Source: a virus. From it: a stretch of 64,000 nucleotides of DNA. The DNA is taken from the IMG/VR virus record IMGVR_UViG_3300029362_000002; one strand, 5' to 3'. The notes beneath the pieces were generated by a model, which worked only from the letters and a program-made list of their open reading frames with translations, was not told the DNA's origin and searched no databases. Below, piece by piece: positions 10,007 to 19,952 of the stretch (positions are counted from its first letter, which is position 1; each line of letters starts with the position of its first letter). The translations under genes and the position numbers were made by a program.

Positions 10007-10546
10007 ATGGCAATTTGGACAAGCAGATACAGCAATAAAGAGCTGGTAGAGAACAAAGACAAGTATTATTGTGTCGGAATCAGTTTGGGAACGCCGAAAT
10101 TTCCACTGGGATACACCGTAGAACAGCAGTGCTATTCGCTGGCACCGAAAGGATATATGCTGAGAATGGAACTGGAGAAGTTCACCGAGGAGTATTACCG
10201 GAAGCTGGAAGGCATTGGCAATGACAAGATTATCAACATGGTAATGCGATTCGAGGCAATGGCGGCGGCCAAAGGCAAAGAATTGGTTTTCCTGTGTTAC
10301 GAGGATGTAAGAATACCGGAAGACTGGTGCCACAGAACAGTATTCGCTCAGTGGTATTGCGAACAGACAGGAGAAATCATCAAGGAACTGCCGGACCCAA
10401 ATCCGCCAAAAGTAAAGAAACCGCCTGTACAGAAGCAGGCAAAGAAAGAAGAAAGCAAGCGCACAGCCGCTCAGAAGGAAGCCAAGACGGAAACGGAAGG
10501 CTATGAACAGATGAGTTTGTTTGGTATGGCTGGTGCGATGATATAA
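10007..10546 (+). CDS. DUF488-like protein
   Basis: IWTSRYSN ... VFLCYED ... CHRTVFAQW resembles the DUF488 signature. Has its own terminator. Confidence 0.45.
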   Translation: MAIWTSRYSNKELVENKDKYYCVGISLGTPKFPLGYTVEQQCYSLAPKGYMLRMELEKFTEEYYRKLEGIGNDKIINMVMRFEAMAAAKGKELVFLCYEDVRIPEDWCHRTVFAQWYCEQTGEIIKELPDPNPPKVKKPPVQKQAKKEESKRTAAQKEAKTETEGYEQMSLFGMAGAMI

Positions 10547-10627
10547 TATCCGGAACTGGTGAAAGAATCACATTTCTCTTCCAGAGGAAAGTTCCTGTTC
10601 ATTGCAGGGTTCCGGTCCAAAAGAAAC

Positions 10628-10660
10628 GGCATCGTATCTTCGGGTACGGTGCCTTAATTT
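10628..10660 (+). terminator. Intrinsic terminator after the DUF488-like gene
   Basis: ggcatcgtatc-ttcg-ggtacggtgcc: 11-bp stem, TTCG loop, then ttaattt. Confidence 0.5.
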
Positions 10661-10757
10661 GTGCAATTTGCCAGAACAGTCTCTGAAAATCCCGGCGTGG
10701 TATCAGAGATTGATCTGGCTTTTTGTATAAAGTGAACAAAAAAGGAGGGAAATTAGA

Positions 10758-10970
10758 ATGGAGAGAGGCGTTGTATCAGCTACCTGCATAGCACAACACA
10801 TTGAGACATTCAGAAAACAGGCTGCGGGTGATGCAAAAGCGGATTTCGGAGAGCCATGCCAGAACTGCCCGATGAATAAGGAGTGCAATTTTGACTGGCT
10901 CTCGAACATGGCACCGCTGTTGAAAGATTCAATGGTGAAGATCAGAATGGTTCTTCCGGCGCAGTGTTGA
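10758..10970 (+). CDS. Hypothetical Cys-containing protein
   Basis: 70-aa ORF after an AAAGGAGGG RBS. Converges on and overlaps the minus-strand gene by 29 nt. Confidence 0.45.
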   Translation: MERGVVSATCIAQHIETFRKQAAGDAKADFGEPCQNCPMNKECNFDWLSNMAPLLKDSMVKIRMVLPAQC

Positions 10971-11166
10971 ATACAGGACAAGCCCCACGCACATCTCGGC
11001 GAGGATAAGGGCAATCATCCGAACAGTCACAGGAATAGCCCAATATCTTATAGCCAGGAGCTGCGGCACCGAGCATAGAAAACTCGGCGTAATCAACACG
11101 AACACCATGCCGTTCTTCCAGGTAAGGGCAGTAATCATGGTGTATGAGAGAAATCCGTCTCGACAA
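10942..11166 (-). CDS. Cys-rich hypothetical protein (only minus-strand gene inside the + strand blocks)
   Basis: TTG start 7 nt after GGAGGTG on the minus strand. Contains CPY..C.C..DCPY..ACP. Confidence 0.5.
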   Translation of the reverse strand: MSRRISLIHHDYCPYLEERHGVRVDYAEFSMLGAAAPGYKILGYSCDCSDDCPYPRRDVRGACPVFNTAPEEPF

Positions 11167-11261
11167 TATAATTCACCTCCGGTTTATTACTCGGCTCGTA
11201 TGAGCCTGTAAAGACAGTATAGTACAGTTTTAGAAAAACGGAAAGAAAGGAGAAGAAAGCA

Positions 11262-12680
11262 ATGGCGTTTTTTATGGACCCAGGGGCAATGTTCTTGGGG
11301 TGTTTAGGTCCATCGGAGCAGAAGTTTCTGGTCACTCTGATAGAAACGGCAGCAAAGTCCGGGTACACGAGATTTGTTGAGCCATGTGCCGGCACCTTCG
11401 CAATGGCAAATCTGGCAGTGCAGAATGGATTCAAGCCGGAGCAGATTGAAACCAGCGATGTCAATATGATGTCAACAGTCCTTGGGTATGCGATAACCGG
11501 GCAGTCATTAGAGCCACTGGAAATCCATGCACAAGGATTCAGCGATGAGGAGCTTCTTGATCCTGCAACAGCGTTGTACGCACAGTTGTATCTCAGAACA
11601 TCGAAGAACGCAGGGAATGATTATTTCTACCAGATACTCACGGACCTACGGCTTAGGAGAGAAGAACACATAGAGAGCATCAACCGGCAGATAGAAGTCA
11701 TTCGGAATCTGCTTGGTGGCATGAGCTACAGACCACTGGATATGTGGGAACATCTGAAAGAGGTGCTGGACGATCCGCACGCTTTGGTGATTGCAAATCC
11801 ACCGACCTATTTTTCGGGCTATGAGAAGTTCTATGATACGCAGGGCAAGATGACCTGGAAGGAACCACCGTATGAACTGTTTGACCCGGAGACCGGGCAC
11901 CAGCAGTTCTATGATCTCTGTATGAACGCAAAAGCATTGGTCATTTGCTACCAGGAGAAAAGAGTAGGAGAGGCAGTTGGTTATACGATATATGCCCGAT
12001 CTGGCACAAGGGCAGACCTGAACGCCTACATAACCACGAACCGAGAGGAAGAGGCAACAGCCCTGGCAAATGGTAAGAAGATTAAACGGCCGGCAGAGAG
12101 TAAGCTACAGCCGCTAGACTGCAGTATGCTTCCAAGGGACTACGAGATCAAGGAAGACAGCAAAGTGCAGGTTATTCCGGTCAAGGCGGCAGAGGCTCAG
12201 TATTACAGAGAGTTGTGGACACATAATTTTGTTGGTTCATCGGCCACATTCAACAGGGCATTGCTGATTGATGGGTATGTAGCTGGCGTGTTTGGCATCT
12301 CAAAGATGGCATCTGACAGCGTATTTGTATGGTACGTGATGAAAGTGCCACACAAGGTATACCGCCTCGGTAGACTGTGCTATATGCTGGCACAGAACAG
12401 AGAGTTTGTGGATACGCTCCTGGACAATATCGAGCAGGAGAAAGTCACGAAGATGCGGACTGCAATGCTTACCAGGTATCCGGAAAACAAGGAAGTCAGG
12501 GGCATCATGAAACTGGTAAACAGGGTGGAAGACAAGAAGAATGGATACAAGCTCACATATGAGGCAGAACTGGTTGAAGGCAGGAGTGAGCAGCAGACAC
12601 TTCAAGAATGGCTAAGGAGGGAGAATGAATGGCAGAAGAACAGGGCAAAGGCATCCAGCAAATCGAAGGGTGCGAAGTAA
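11262..12680 (+). CDS. N6-adenine DNA methyltransferase (Dam-like) with long C-terminal extension
   Basis: Motif I-like VEPCAGTFA and motif IV IANPPTY (D/N-PP-Y). No cognate endonuclease nearby. Confidence 0.7.
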   Translation: MAFFMDPGAMFLGCLGPSEQKFLVTLIETAAKSGYTRFVEPCAGTFAMANLAVQNGFKPEQIETSDVNMMSTVLGYAITGQSLEPLEIHAQGFSDEELLDPATALYAQLYLRTSKNAGNDYFYQILTDLRLRREEHIESINRQIEVIRNLLGGMSYRPLDMWEHLKEVLDDPHALVIANPPTYFSGYEKFYDTQGKMTWKEPPYELFDPETGHQQFYDLCMNAKALVICYQEKRVGEAVGYTIYARSGTRADLNAYITTNREEEATALANGKKIKRPAESKLQPLDCSMLPRDYEIKEDSKVQVIPVKAAEAQYYRELWTHNFVGSSATFNRALLIDGYVAGVFGISKMASDSVFVWYVMKVPHKVYRLGRLCYMLAQNREFVDTLLDNIEQEKVTKMRTAMLTRYPENKEVRGIMKLVNRVEDKKNGYKLTYEAELVEGRSEQQTLQEWLRRENEWQKNRAKASSKSKGAK

Positions 12681-13549
12681 TCTACGATATGGGTTCGGGT
12701 TTGGTGATCGCCAAAGTTCCGCTGGATAAAGTCAAGGAACAGGACATCAATGCCAGAATTATGAAGAATGAGATGCAGGACCAGCTGACCGCTAACATCA
12801 AGAAACGAGGACAGTTGGAGAGCCTGCCTCTTTTCGTTTTGGTAGACGGAAAGTTGGAAATCATCAGCGGCCACCACAGAGTAAAGAGCGCAAGAGCTGC
12901 AGAGATGAAGGAGATCATCGCTATTGTTGATGTGTCCGGACTCTCACGCAGCAAGATAGCGGCGAAGCAGCTGGCCCACAATGCAATTTCCGGTTTCGAT
13001 GATGATAGCACATTGAGAGAAATCGTGAAGATGATTGATGATGTGGACGATATGATTGAGTCATTCGTAGGAAAAGAAATCATGGAAGAACCGTTGGAAC
13101 AGTATGACAAGATGCTGAGTCCTGCGGTTCAGTTTGATTTTAAGAACGTCACTTTCACATTCCTGCCGCATCAGGTGAATGATATGGACATACTGGTGAA
13201 GGATCTGGAATCTAAAGCTCCGGAAATCGTTGGAGTTGCTTCATACGAGCAGTGCAAGGCATTTGTGGAGACATTAAGCAAATACCAGAAGTTTACGGAC
13301 ATCAGAAACGTAGGAGCAGCTATCCATTCAATGATCGAGAATGCCAACGAGAAAATGGATGCAGTTGGGTTTAATGCAGAAGAGGAATGGACATATCTGG
13401 CGAAGGTGTTTGGCAGCAATGCGATTCCTGCGGATGCCGCCGAAGTAATCAAACAGGCCATCAAGAAGGCTGAGAAAGAGGGAACCATCACCAGCAAGAA
13501 CCGGTGGCAACTGATTGAATACCTTTGCGCTGACTATCTAGGTAAATAG
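12629..13549 (+). CDS. ParB-like nuclease-domain protein
   Basis: ATG follows GGAGGG. IISGHHRVKSARAAEMKEIIAIV resembles the ParB/Srx N-domain. Overlaps the methyltransferase 3' end by 52 nt. Confidence 0.6.
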   Translation: MAEEQGKGIQQIEGCEVIYDMGSGLVIAKVPLDKVKEQDINARIMKNEMQDQLTANIKKRGQLESLPLFVLVDGKLEIISGHHRVKSARAAEMKEIIAIVDVSGLSRSKIAAKQLAHNAISGFDDDSTLREIVKMIDDVDDMIESFVGKEIMEEPLEQYDKMLSPAVQFDFKNVTFTFLPHQVNDMDILVKDLESKAPEIVGVASYEQCKAFVETLSKYQKFTDIRNVGAAIHSMIENANEKMDAVGFNAEEEWTYLAKVFGSNAIPADAAEVIKQAIKKAEKEGTITSKNRWQLIEYLCADYLGK

Positions 13550-13556
13550 ATAAGGC

Positions 13557-14018
13557 ATGGCAGCTAAGGTCAAATACAATCCAGATTATCACGATAACTG
13601 GGCGTGGTCTTTGGCTGCTATGGGAGCTACCAATGAAGAAATCGCAAAGGCAATGGGAGTTTCCAAGCGGACAATCATCCGCTGGAGCCAGGATCACGAA
13701 AGTTTCGGTAGCGCATTGGCCCAGGGAAAGGGAGTTTCCGATGCGAAGGTAATCAGGAGCCTGTATCAGAGAGCGGTCGGCTATGAGTACGAGGAAGAGA
13801 AAAAAATCATTGAGTATGATAAAGACGGAAACGTGAAACCGATCAAAATTGAGAAGACCAAAAAGCAAGTTCCACCGGATGTAGGAGCGCAGTGCTTCTG
13901 GCTGAAGAATCGTCAGAGAGATAAATGGCAAGACCGGCCAGAAGTTATACCAGACACAGGAGCAGACGATGGAGACCAGGTTCAGTTTTATCTTCCGGAT
14001 AATGGGAGGGACGGCTGA
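13557..14018 (+). CDS. terS: Terminase small subunit
   Basis: HTH NEEIAKAMGVSKRTIIRWSQ. Lies directly upstream of the large subunit with a coupled stop/start. Confidence 0.7.
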   Translation: MAAKVKYNPDYHDNWAWSLAAMGATNEEIAKAMGVSKRTIIRWSQDHESFGSALAQGKGVSDAKVIRSLYQRAVGYEYEEEKKIIEYDKDGNVKPIKIEKTKKQVPPDVGAQCFWLKNRQRDKWQDRPEVIPDTGADDGDQVQFYLPDNGRDG

Positions 14019-15424
14019 TGGGGAAAATAATCAGGATTGGACCGCAGAAAGGACCACAGGAAAGATTCCTTGCAACCTCTGCGGATATTTGTATTTATGG
14101 TGGAGCAGCGGGAGGCGGCAAGACCTTTGGATTGCTTTTGGAGCCGATCCGGCACATGAACAACAAAAATTACAATGCGGTTATCTTCCGAAGCAATTAC
14201 ACACAGGTCACATCTCCTGGTGGCTTGTGGGATAGTTCAGGTAAGATTTATAGCCTCGTAAAGGGAGCTTATCCATTAAAGACACCTAAACTACACTGGA
14301 CGTTCAAAAGTGGTGCTACGGTCAATTTTGCCCACTTAGGTAGTGATTCTGATTGCCAGAACTGGCAAGGTTCGCAGATCGCAATGATAGGATTCGATGA
14401 GCTGACGCATTTCTCAAAGCATCAGTTTTTTTATATGCTGTCACGAAACCGTACTGATTCTGGAGTAGCACCGTATGTTCGGGCAACGTGCAACCCTGAT
14501 GCCGATAGTTGGGTAGCTGATTTCATTAAGTGGTGGATCACACCAGAAACCGGTTATCCGATACCGGAGAGAAGCGGCGTAATCCGATACATGGTAAGAC
14601 TGAATGATGAAATCATTTGGGGAGACAGCAAGGAAGAACTGGCAGCACAGGGATATGATGCACAGGATGTAAAAAGCGTGACATTCATAGCCAGCACATT
14701 GCAGGATAATCAGATCTTGATGAAGATGGACCCTGGATACCTGGCGAACTTAAAAGCTCTACCTACGGTAGAGAGGGAACGTCTTCTACTTGGAAACTGG
14801 AAGATTAAAGCGGCGGCCGGCCTGTTCTTCCGCAGAACCCAGGTCGGAGAAATGCTGGAGGAATTGCCGAAAGATGTTATTTCCTGGTGCAGAGGTTGGG
14901 ACCTTGCAGCAACCAGCGAAGATGAAGACGGTGATCCGGCATATACCGCAGGCGTTCTGATCGGAAAAAGAAAGAGCGGTAGATACATCGTGGCAGACGT
15001 AATTAACAAGCGTTTGGCTGCTTCTGATGTAAGAACAATCATTAAAATGACAGCGCAGGCAGATAAGGCAAAATACAAGCGAGTGATTGAAAGACTTCCA
15101 CAGGACCCAGGGCAGGCCGGAAAAGAACAGGCTCAATCCTACGTGAAGTTCCTGGCAGGCTTTCTGGTAAAGACCATTGGTGAGTCTGGAAGCAAGGAAT
15201 CCAGAGCAGAGCCGTTTGCAGCGCAGTGGCAGGCTGGAAATGTAGATGTGCTGATTGGAGAGTGGAATGAAATGTACTTCAATCAGCTGGAATCATTCCC
15301 GGAATCAAAATTTAAGGACATGGTGGACGCCAGCAGTTCAGCTTTCAATGAAGTTGAGAGCGGAGCTACATTCTCGGCACCGCCAAAAGACACGCTCAGC
15401 AAGAGCAGTTATTGGAGAGGATGA
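14018..15424 (+). CDS. terL: Terminase large subunit
   Basis: Walker A YGGAAGGGKTF, Walker B-like MIGFDELTH, C-terminal nuclease-like region. 468 aa. Confidence 0.85.
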   Translation: MGKIIRIGPQKGPQERFLATSADICIYGGAAGGGKTFGLLLEPIRHMNNKNYNAVIFRSNYTQVTSPGGLWDSSGKIYSLVKGAYPLKTPKLHWTFKSGATVNFAHLGSDSDCQNWQGSQIAMIGFDELTHFSKHQFFYMLSRNRTDSGVAPYVRATCNPDADSWVADFIKWWITPETGYPIPERSGVIRYMVRLNDEIIWGDSKEELAAQGYDAQDVKSVTFIASTLQDNQILMKMDPGYLANLKALPTVERERLLLGNWKIKAAAGLFFRRTQVGEMLEELPKDVISWCRGWDLAATSEDEDGDPAYTAGVLIGKRKSGRYIVADVINKRLAASDVRTIIKMTAQADKAKYKRVIERLPQDPGQAGKEQAQSYVKFLAGFLVKTIGESGSKESRAEPFAAQWQAGNVDVLIGEWNEMYFNQLESFPESKFKDMVDASSSAFNEVESGATFSAPPKDTLSKSSYWRG

Positions 15425-15744
15425 GATTAAGCATGAATGGAATAAGAGTAAACAATACTGCAGCATCTGCCAGTGCGATCGCAAGCATGGGCGGTTATGG
15501 TTGCAAAAAATACAATGTTCCCGGAGGAGATGCAGAAGAGTTCAAGGCAGACGGTGTAGGAACTTTTGTTTCCGTGATCCAGGCATTTGAAGATACGGAA
15601 ATTCTGACCGTAAAGGCTTGTTGGGACGCACCAACAGATGTAGACGGCATTATTATTCCTGCCGGTATGTGCCTGTATGTGAAGGCAGAAAGTGTAACCA
15701 TATCAAGCGGATGCGGCGTGATCTATTACGAGATGGCTTCATAA
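15412..15744 (+). CDS. Hypothetical protein
   Basis: 110-aa ORF between terminase and portal. The start could be an internal Met. Confidence 0.45.
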   Translation: MERMRLSMNGIRVNNTAASASAIASMGGYGCKKYNVPGGDAEEFKADGVGTFVSVIQAFEDTEILTVKACWDAPTDVDGIIIPAGMCLYVKAESVTISSGCGVIYYEMAS

Positions 15745-15758
15745 AGGAGGCGGTGAGT

Positions 15759-16013
15759 ATGATGTTATCATTGCAGAATAGCATAAACAGTAGGAACGGA
15801 CCGGGAGCAAATAAGAACCGATCCGTTTGGTTGCGTGTAGGAGTAACTGGCGTAGCATTCCAAGCAGTAAATCAGCCATGTGGAACGCAAGGGCCATTGG
15901 CTAAGTCGGCGGTTGCTGGCTACATCGTCAGAGAAACAGTTCAGATTGCTGACTCTGGATACGGAGTGAGCTTCAGAATAAAAGCCTGCGGGCAGAAAAG
16001 GAGGCTGATGTAA
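15759..16013 (+). CDS. Hypothetical protein
   Basis: ATG at 15759 lies 7 nt after AAGGAGG. It is the C-terminal part of track ORF 15618..16013. Confidence 0.45.
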   Translation: MMLSLQNSINSRNGPGANKNRSVWLRVGVTGVAFQAVNQPCGTQGPLAKSAVAGYIVRETVQIADSGYGVSFRIKACGQKRRLM

Positions 16014-16014
16014 A

Positions 16015-17406
16015 GTGAGTAAAGAAATAGGACGCATCGGCCAGAGACGTTACGGTGGAGTTATCTATGAAGAGTTTCTTCCGGAACTGAGAGGAAGCAG
16101 AGGAGTAGAGATTTACCGAGAAATGTCAGAGAATGATGATGTAGTCGGTGCGATCCTTTATGCGATAGAAATGCTGGTTCGGCAGACCGATTGGATTGTA
16201 GAACCGGGAGGTGGCACAGCAAAAGACCGGGAAGCAGCTGAGTTTGTACAATCATGTATGGATGATATGCAAAGTACATGGGTTGATACAGTCTCAGAGA
16301 TCCTGTCATTCCTTACTTATGGCTGGAGCCTACATGAAATTGTGTACAAGCGTAGAATGGGAAATACAAGAGATACCAGAACCAGAAGCAAATACAGCGA
16401 TGGTTTGATCGGATGGGCGAAGCTCCCTATTCGATCTCAGGAAACTCTGTACCAGTGGGAATACGATGAAGCAGATAATCTGGTAGGTATGACGCAGATG
16501 CCACCGCCGGACTTTGGGCTGCTGACAATCCCGATGAGTAAGGCACTGCTATTTAGAACCAAGGTACGAAAGGACAATCCAGAGGGTAGAAGCATTTTGA
16601 GAAATGCGTACCGGTCATGGCATTTCAAGAGAAGAATCCAGGAGATTGAAGGCATTGGCATTGAACGTGATCTTGCCGGGCTGCCGGTGATTTACACTCC
16701 GGAAGACATGGATATATGGAACTCTGAAGACGAAACCATATCAAGGATTAGAGCAGAGCTGGAAAATATGGTTCGAGGTGTCCGTAGAGATGAAAGAGAA
16801 GGCCTCGTTCTTCCCGGGGGCTTCAAGATGGAACTTTTAAGCACTGGCGGTTCCAGACAGTTTGACACCAATGCGATTATTGACCGCTACGATACTAGAA
16901 TTGCTATGACAGTTCTGGCAGACTTTATTTTCTTAGGGCATCAGCAAAATGGTTCATGGGCTTTAAGCTCAGACAAGACAGAATTGTTTGCGATGGCTTG
17001 CGGTGCGTATCTGGATATTATTGCAGAGACGTTCAATAGCCAGGGAATACCGAATCTGATTGATATTAACGGAGACCATTTTGCTGGAATTACAGATTAT
17101 CCAAAGCTGACACATGGAGACATTGAAGATGCCGACATTGCGAAGGTATCTGCGTTTGTTAAGGATATGGTTGGAATTGGAGTTTTGGTACCGGATGATG
17201 GTCTGGAAGATTATATCAGGCAGATCGGGAAGCTTCCGGAAAGAACGGATGATACTAGAGAGTTAAGCCAGACAAGGGAAGAACAGCAGGGACAGAATGA
17301 ACCACCAGAACCCGAAACAGCTGCAGGCAAGGAACCGAAAGAAGATGATGAGGAAATCTCCGAGGAAGTGGTAGAAGCGGCCAAAAAACGCTTGGGAAGA
17401 GTGTAG
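16015..17406 (+). CDS. Portal protein (Mu gp29/DUF935-like)
   Basis: 463 aa, positioned after the terminase. N-terminal YREMSENDDVVGAILYAIEMLVRQTDW pattern. Acidic C-terminus. Confidence 0.75.
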   Translation: MSKEIGRIGQRRYGGVIYEEFLPELRGSRGVEIYREMSENDDVVGAILYAIEMLVRQTDWIVEPGGGTAKDREAAEFVQSCMDDMQSTWVDTVSEILSFLTYGWSLHEIVYKRRMGNTRDTRTRSKYSDGLIGWAKLPIRSQETLYQWEYDEADNLVGMTQMPPPDFGLLTIPMSKALLFRTKVRKDNPEGRSILRNAYRSWHFKRRIQEIEGIGIERDLAGLPVIYTPEDMDIWNSEDETISRIRAELENMVRGVRRDEREGLVLPGGFKMELLSTGGSRQFDTNAIIDRYDTRIAMTVLADFIFLGHQQNGSWALSSDKTELFAMACGAYLDIIAETFNSQGIPNLIDINGDHFAGITDYPKLTHGDIEDADIAKVSAFVKDMVGIGVLVPDDGLEDYIRQIGKLPERTDDTRELSQTREEQQGQNEPPEPETAAGKEPKEDDEEISEEVVEAAKKRLGRV

Positions 17407-17408
17407 AT

Positions 17409-19154
17409 ATGGCATTTTTGATAAGACCGCCAGGTCAAGTGAAAAAGGCGAAAGCAAAGCTGAAACCAAAGTCAAAGAATGCTCAGGAGATTCTAAACAG
17501 GCTGCAGGGTTTCTTGAACCAGAATACCAGCGAACCAGTAGAAATCCTCTGCAGCTTTTGGGAAGACCAAAGAAATGCCATCACCTATAAAGAACTGAGG
17601 GAAGTAGTGCAAAGCGGTATGCTCACACAGAAGCAGTTCGAGGATTGGCAGCAAGATTATTCAGTCCTGGTTGAGAAAAAGATGGCAGGTGTATGGATGT
17701 CTGCAATGGCGGCAGGCGTTGCCGGTCAGCCGATGTTTGATAGCTTATCATTCAGCATCAATACGCAGGACCCTGGAATTGTATCGTGGATCAAAGACAG
17801 GGGAGCTGAATTTGTGACATCGTGTACAGCAGAGCAGAAAAAGGCCATCCAGTCGTTGTTGGTAAAGAAGATCACAGATCAGCACACGGTTGACGAACTG
17901 GCAAGATTCATTCGCCCATGTATAGGCCTTACAGACGGTGACACAAAAGCGGCATTGAAGCTGTACGATACCGTAAAGGCCACATTGCAAACTAATCATC
18001 CACGAATGAAGCCGGAAAACATCCGGAAGAAGGCACTGGATGCGGCACAGAAGTACGCAGAGCAGAAACATCGGCAGAGAGCTTTCACTATAGCTCAGAC
18101 AGAACTGGAATTTGCGTACAACCGAGGAGCCGACCAAGGAGTAAGACAGGCACAGTCCCAAGGCCTTATAGGAAAGACAATCAAGAGATGGATCACATCC
18201 GGAGATGATTCGGTATGTTCCATTTGCGCTGCATTAGACGGTACCGAAATCGAGATGGATGATAATTTCGATTTTAAGGGCCGTCTTTTGTTTGCCGGTC
18301 AGAAAATGCTACCGCCGGCACATCCACGTTGTGCTTGTGCTGTTGAGTACATTGAGGTTGAGCCACCTGTATTTCGACCGGAAAACATGACGGAGATCGA
18401 AACAGAAGCAGGTTTGGAAGAGTTGAAGGAACTTTCGTCTGGAGAAGCGGCTGAGGAGTATTTTGGAAAGCGGCCAGACAGATCGTTGCGGAGAAGTAAC
18501 CGGGAAGAATATGACAGGCAACTGGATTATTTCAAAACTCAGTCACCGTATGGAAAGTGGAGCCAGCAGACAACATCACAGGAAGAGGCATCAATTACAA
18601 ATTACTGCGGACCAGATTACAGTGCGATTAATGGACTGCTGAGAAGAGAAATGACAGAAAACCAGGTTAAGTTGTGGGATGATCTCGGCAACCGTAAAAT
18701 TTCAGAGATGATTTCGGATATCAGTTCTGCCATATCAAAGTTTGATCTTCCAGAGGACATTAAAGTATTCAGAACTTGTGAGAATGATGTTCTGGAGAAA
18801 CTGCAGACAAAGATCGGTAGCACATTCCATGACGATGGTTTTGTCAGCACATCTGTTGTCCGGGAGAAGCAGGCAAGCGGAAATATCTTCATGGAGATAA
18901 GCGTTCCTAAAGGGCAAGGTGTAGGAGCCTGGGTAAATCCATTGTCCGGGAAACCAGAAGAGTATGAATTTCTGCTGAACAGAGGGACTGATTTTCTGGT
19001 GACTGACATAGGCCAGGACGGAGCGGACACAATAATCCGAATGAAAGTTACTGGCAGAACAGAAACGGAATGGTCGTATGCAACGAAGGAAGAGGTGATA
19101 GAGCAATGGAAACGAAGAGGAGTTTACAGCGAAGAAAGCGCAAAACTTCTATGA
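17409..19154 (+). CDS. Minor head protein (SPP1 gp7/Mu F-like) fused to a C-terminal ADP-ribosyltransferase domain
   Basis: Position after the portal. CSICAAL..HPRCAC motif of gp7-like proteins. C-terminal YSAINGLLRR, VFRTC, FVSTSV (STS) and EEYEFLLNRG (ExE). Confidence 0.75.
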   Translation: MAFLIRPPGQVKKAKAKLKPKSKNAQEILNRLQGFLNQNTSEPVEILCSFWEDQRNAITYKELREVVQSGMLTQKQFEDWQQDYSVLVEKKMAGVWMSAMAAGVAGQPMFDSLSFSINTQDPGIVSWIKDRGAEFVTSCTAEQKKAIQSLLVKKITDQHTVDELARFIRPCIGLTDGDTKAALKLYDTVKATLQTNHPRMKPENIRKKALDAAQKYAEQKHRQRAFTIAQTELEFAYNRGADQGVRQAQSQGLIGKTIKRWITSGDDSVCSICAALDGTEIEMDDNFDFKGRLLFAGQKMLPPAHPRCACAVEYIEVEPPVFRPENMTEIETEAGLEELKELSSGEAAEEYFGKRPDRSLRRSNREEYDRQLDYFKTQSPYGKWSQQTTSQEEASITNYCGPDYSAINGLLRREMTENQVKLWDDLGNRKISEMISDISSAISKFDLPEDIKVFRTCENDVLEKLQTKIGSTFHDDGFVSTSVVREKQASGNIFMEISVPKGQGVGAWVNPLSGKPEEYEFLLNRGTDFLVTDIGQDGADTIIRMKVTGRTETEWSYATKEEVIEQWKRRGVYSEESAKLL

Positions 19155-19735
19155 CGAAAGAGGAATTAGCCAGCGCCTTTGGTTTAGGGACGAGCAAGTT
19201 TCAATGTACAGCAGATCAGCTGACAGAAAATGAGGTTGAAAAGAGGAGAAAAGTGAAAATGAAGAAATTTTCAGATATGATCCAGAAATCCGGCAATCAG
19301 GAAAAACCGAAAGCCAGGGAATCTCCGGTAAAAAAGAGAATGTTTAAGATTACAAAGCGTGATGATGAGCAGATGCTTGCCTTCGGGTGGGCGAATGTAT
19401 CCATTCGATCAGATGGAGAACTGATTGAAGACTGGCAGGAAGATATTGTAGAGCCGGAAGATCTAGAGCAGGCAGCGTATGAATTTGTGCAGCTATACCG
19501 AGAAGGTGGAGAGATGCACGAAAGAGGCGGTGTTGCTACTTTGGTTGAGAGCGTAGTATTTACCGAAGAAAAACAGCGGGCCATGGGTATTCCGGAAGGA
19601 ACGCTTCCTGTCGGCTGGTGGATTGGCTTCAAAGTGCTTGATGCAGATGTATGGGAAAAGGTCAAAGATGGCACATATTCTATGTTCAGTATTGAAGGAG
19701 AAGCAGAAAGGGTAGAAGTGAAAGATGAAAATTAA
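19151..19735 (+). CDS. XkdF-like putative prohead protease/scaffold-associated protein
   Basis: FKITKRDDEQMLAFGWANVS..GEMHERGG..GTYSMFSIEGEA resembles PBSX XkdF. Start uncertain: ATGA-coupled 19151 or ATG 19259. Confidence 0.55.
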   Translation: MTKEELASAFGLGTSKFQCTADQLTENEVEKRRKVKMKKFSDMIQKSGNQEKPKARESPVKKRMFKITKRDDEQMLAFGWANVSIRSDGELIEDWQEDIVEPEDLEQAAYEFVQLYREGGEMHERGGVATLVESVVFTEEKQRAMGIPEGTLPVGWWIGFKVLDADVWEKVKDGTYSMFSIEGEAERVEVKDEN

Positions 19736-19844
19736 ATTTGTCGTTTGCAGAAGCGGGAAATGCCCTATATGCGGAAGAAACTGGGCTTGGCTGATTAAGG
19801 AATGCATTTGCGGGTATGGAGGACCGCTGATACCAGACGAATAA
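19725..19844 (+). CDS. 39-aa zinc-ribbon peptide (tentative)
   Basis: MKIKFVVCRSGKCPICGRNWAWLIKECICGYGGPLIPDE. Below the ORF-track cutoff, with a weak RBS. Confidence 0.3.
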   Translation: MKIKFVVCRSGKCPICGRNWAWLIKECICGYGGPLIPDE

Positions 19845-19952
19845 AGAGGCGTATAGCGATTTTCAGCACGCCAAACCTATCAATCCTACCCTAGAGATTG
19901 TAAAAATGGCTCTGGTAGGGATTTTTGAACTGAATATTGTGATAATTCAGAG

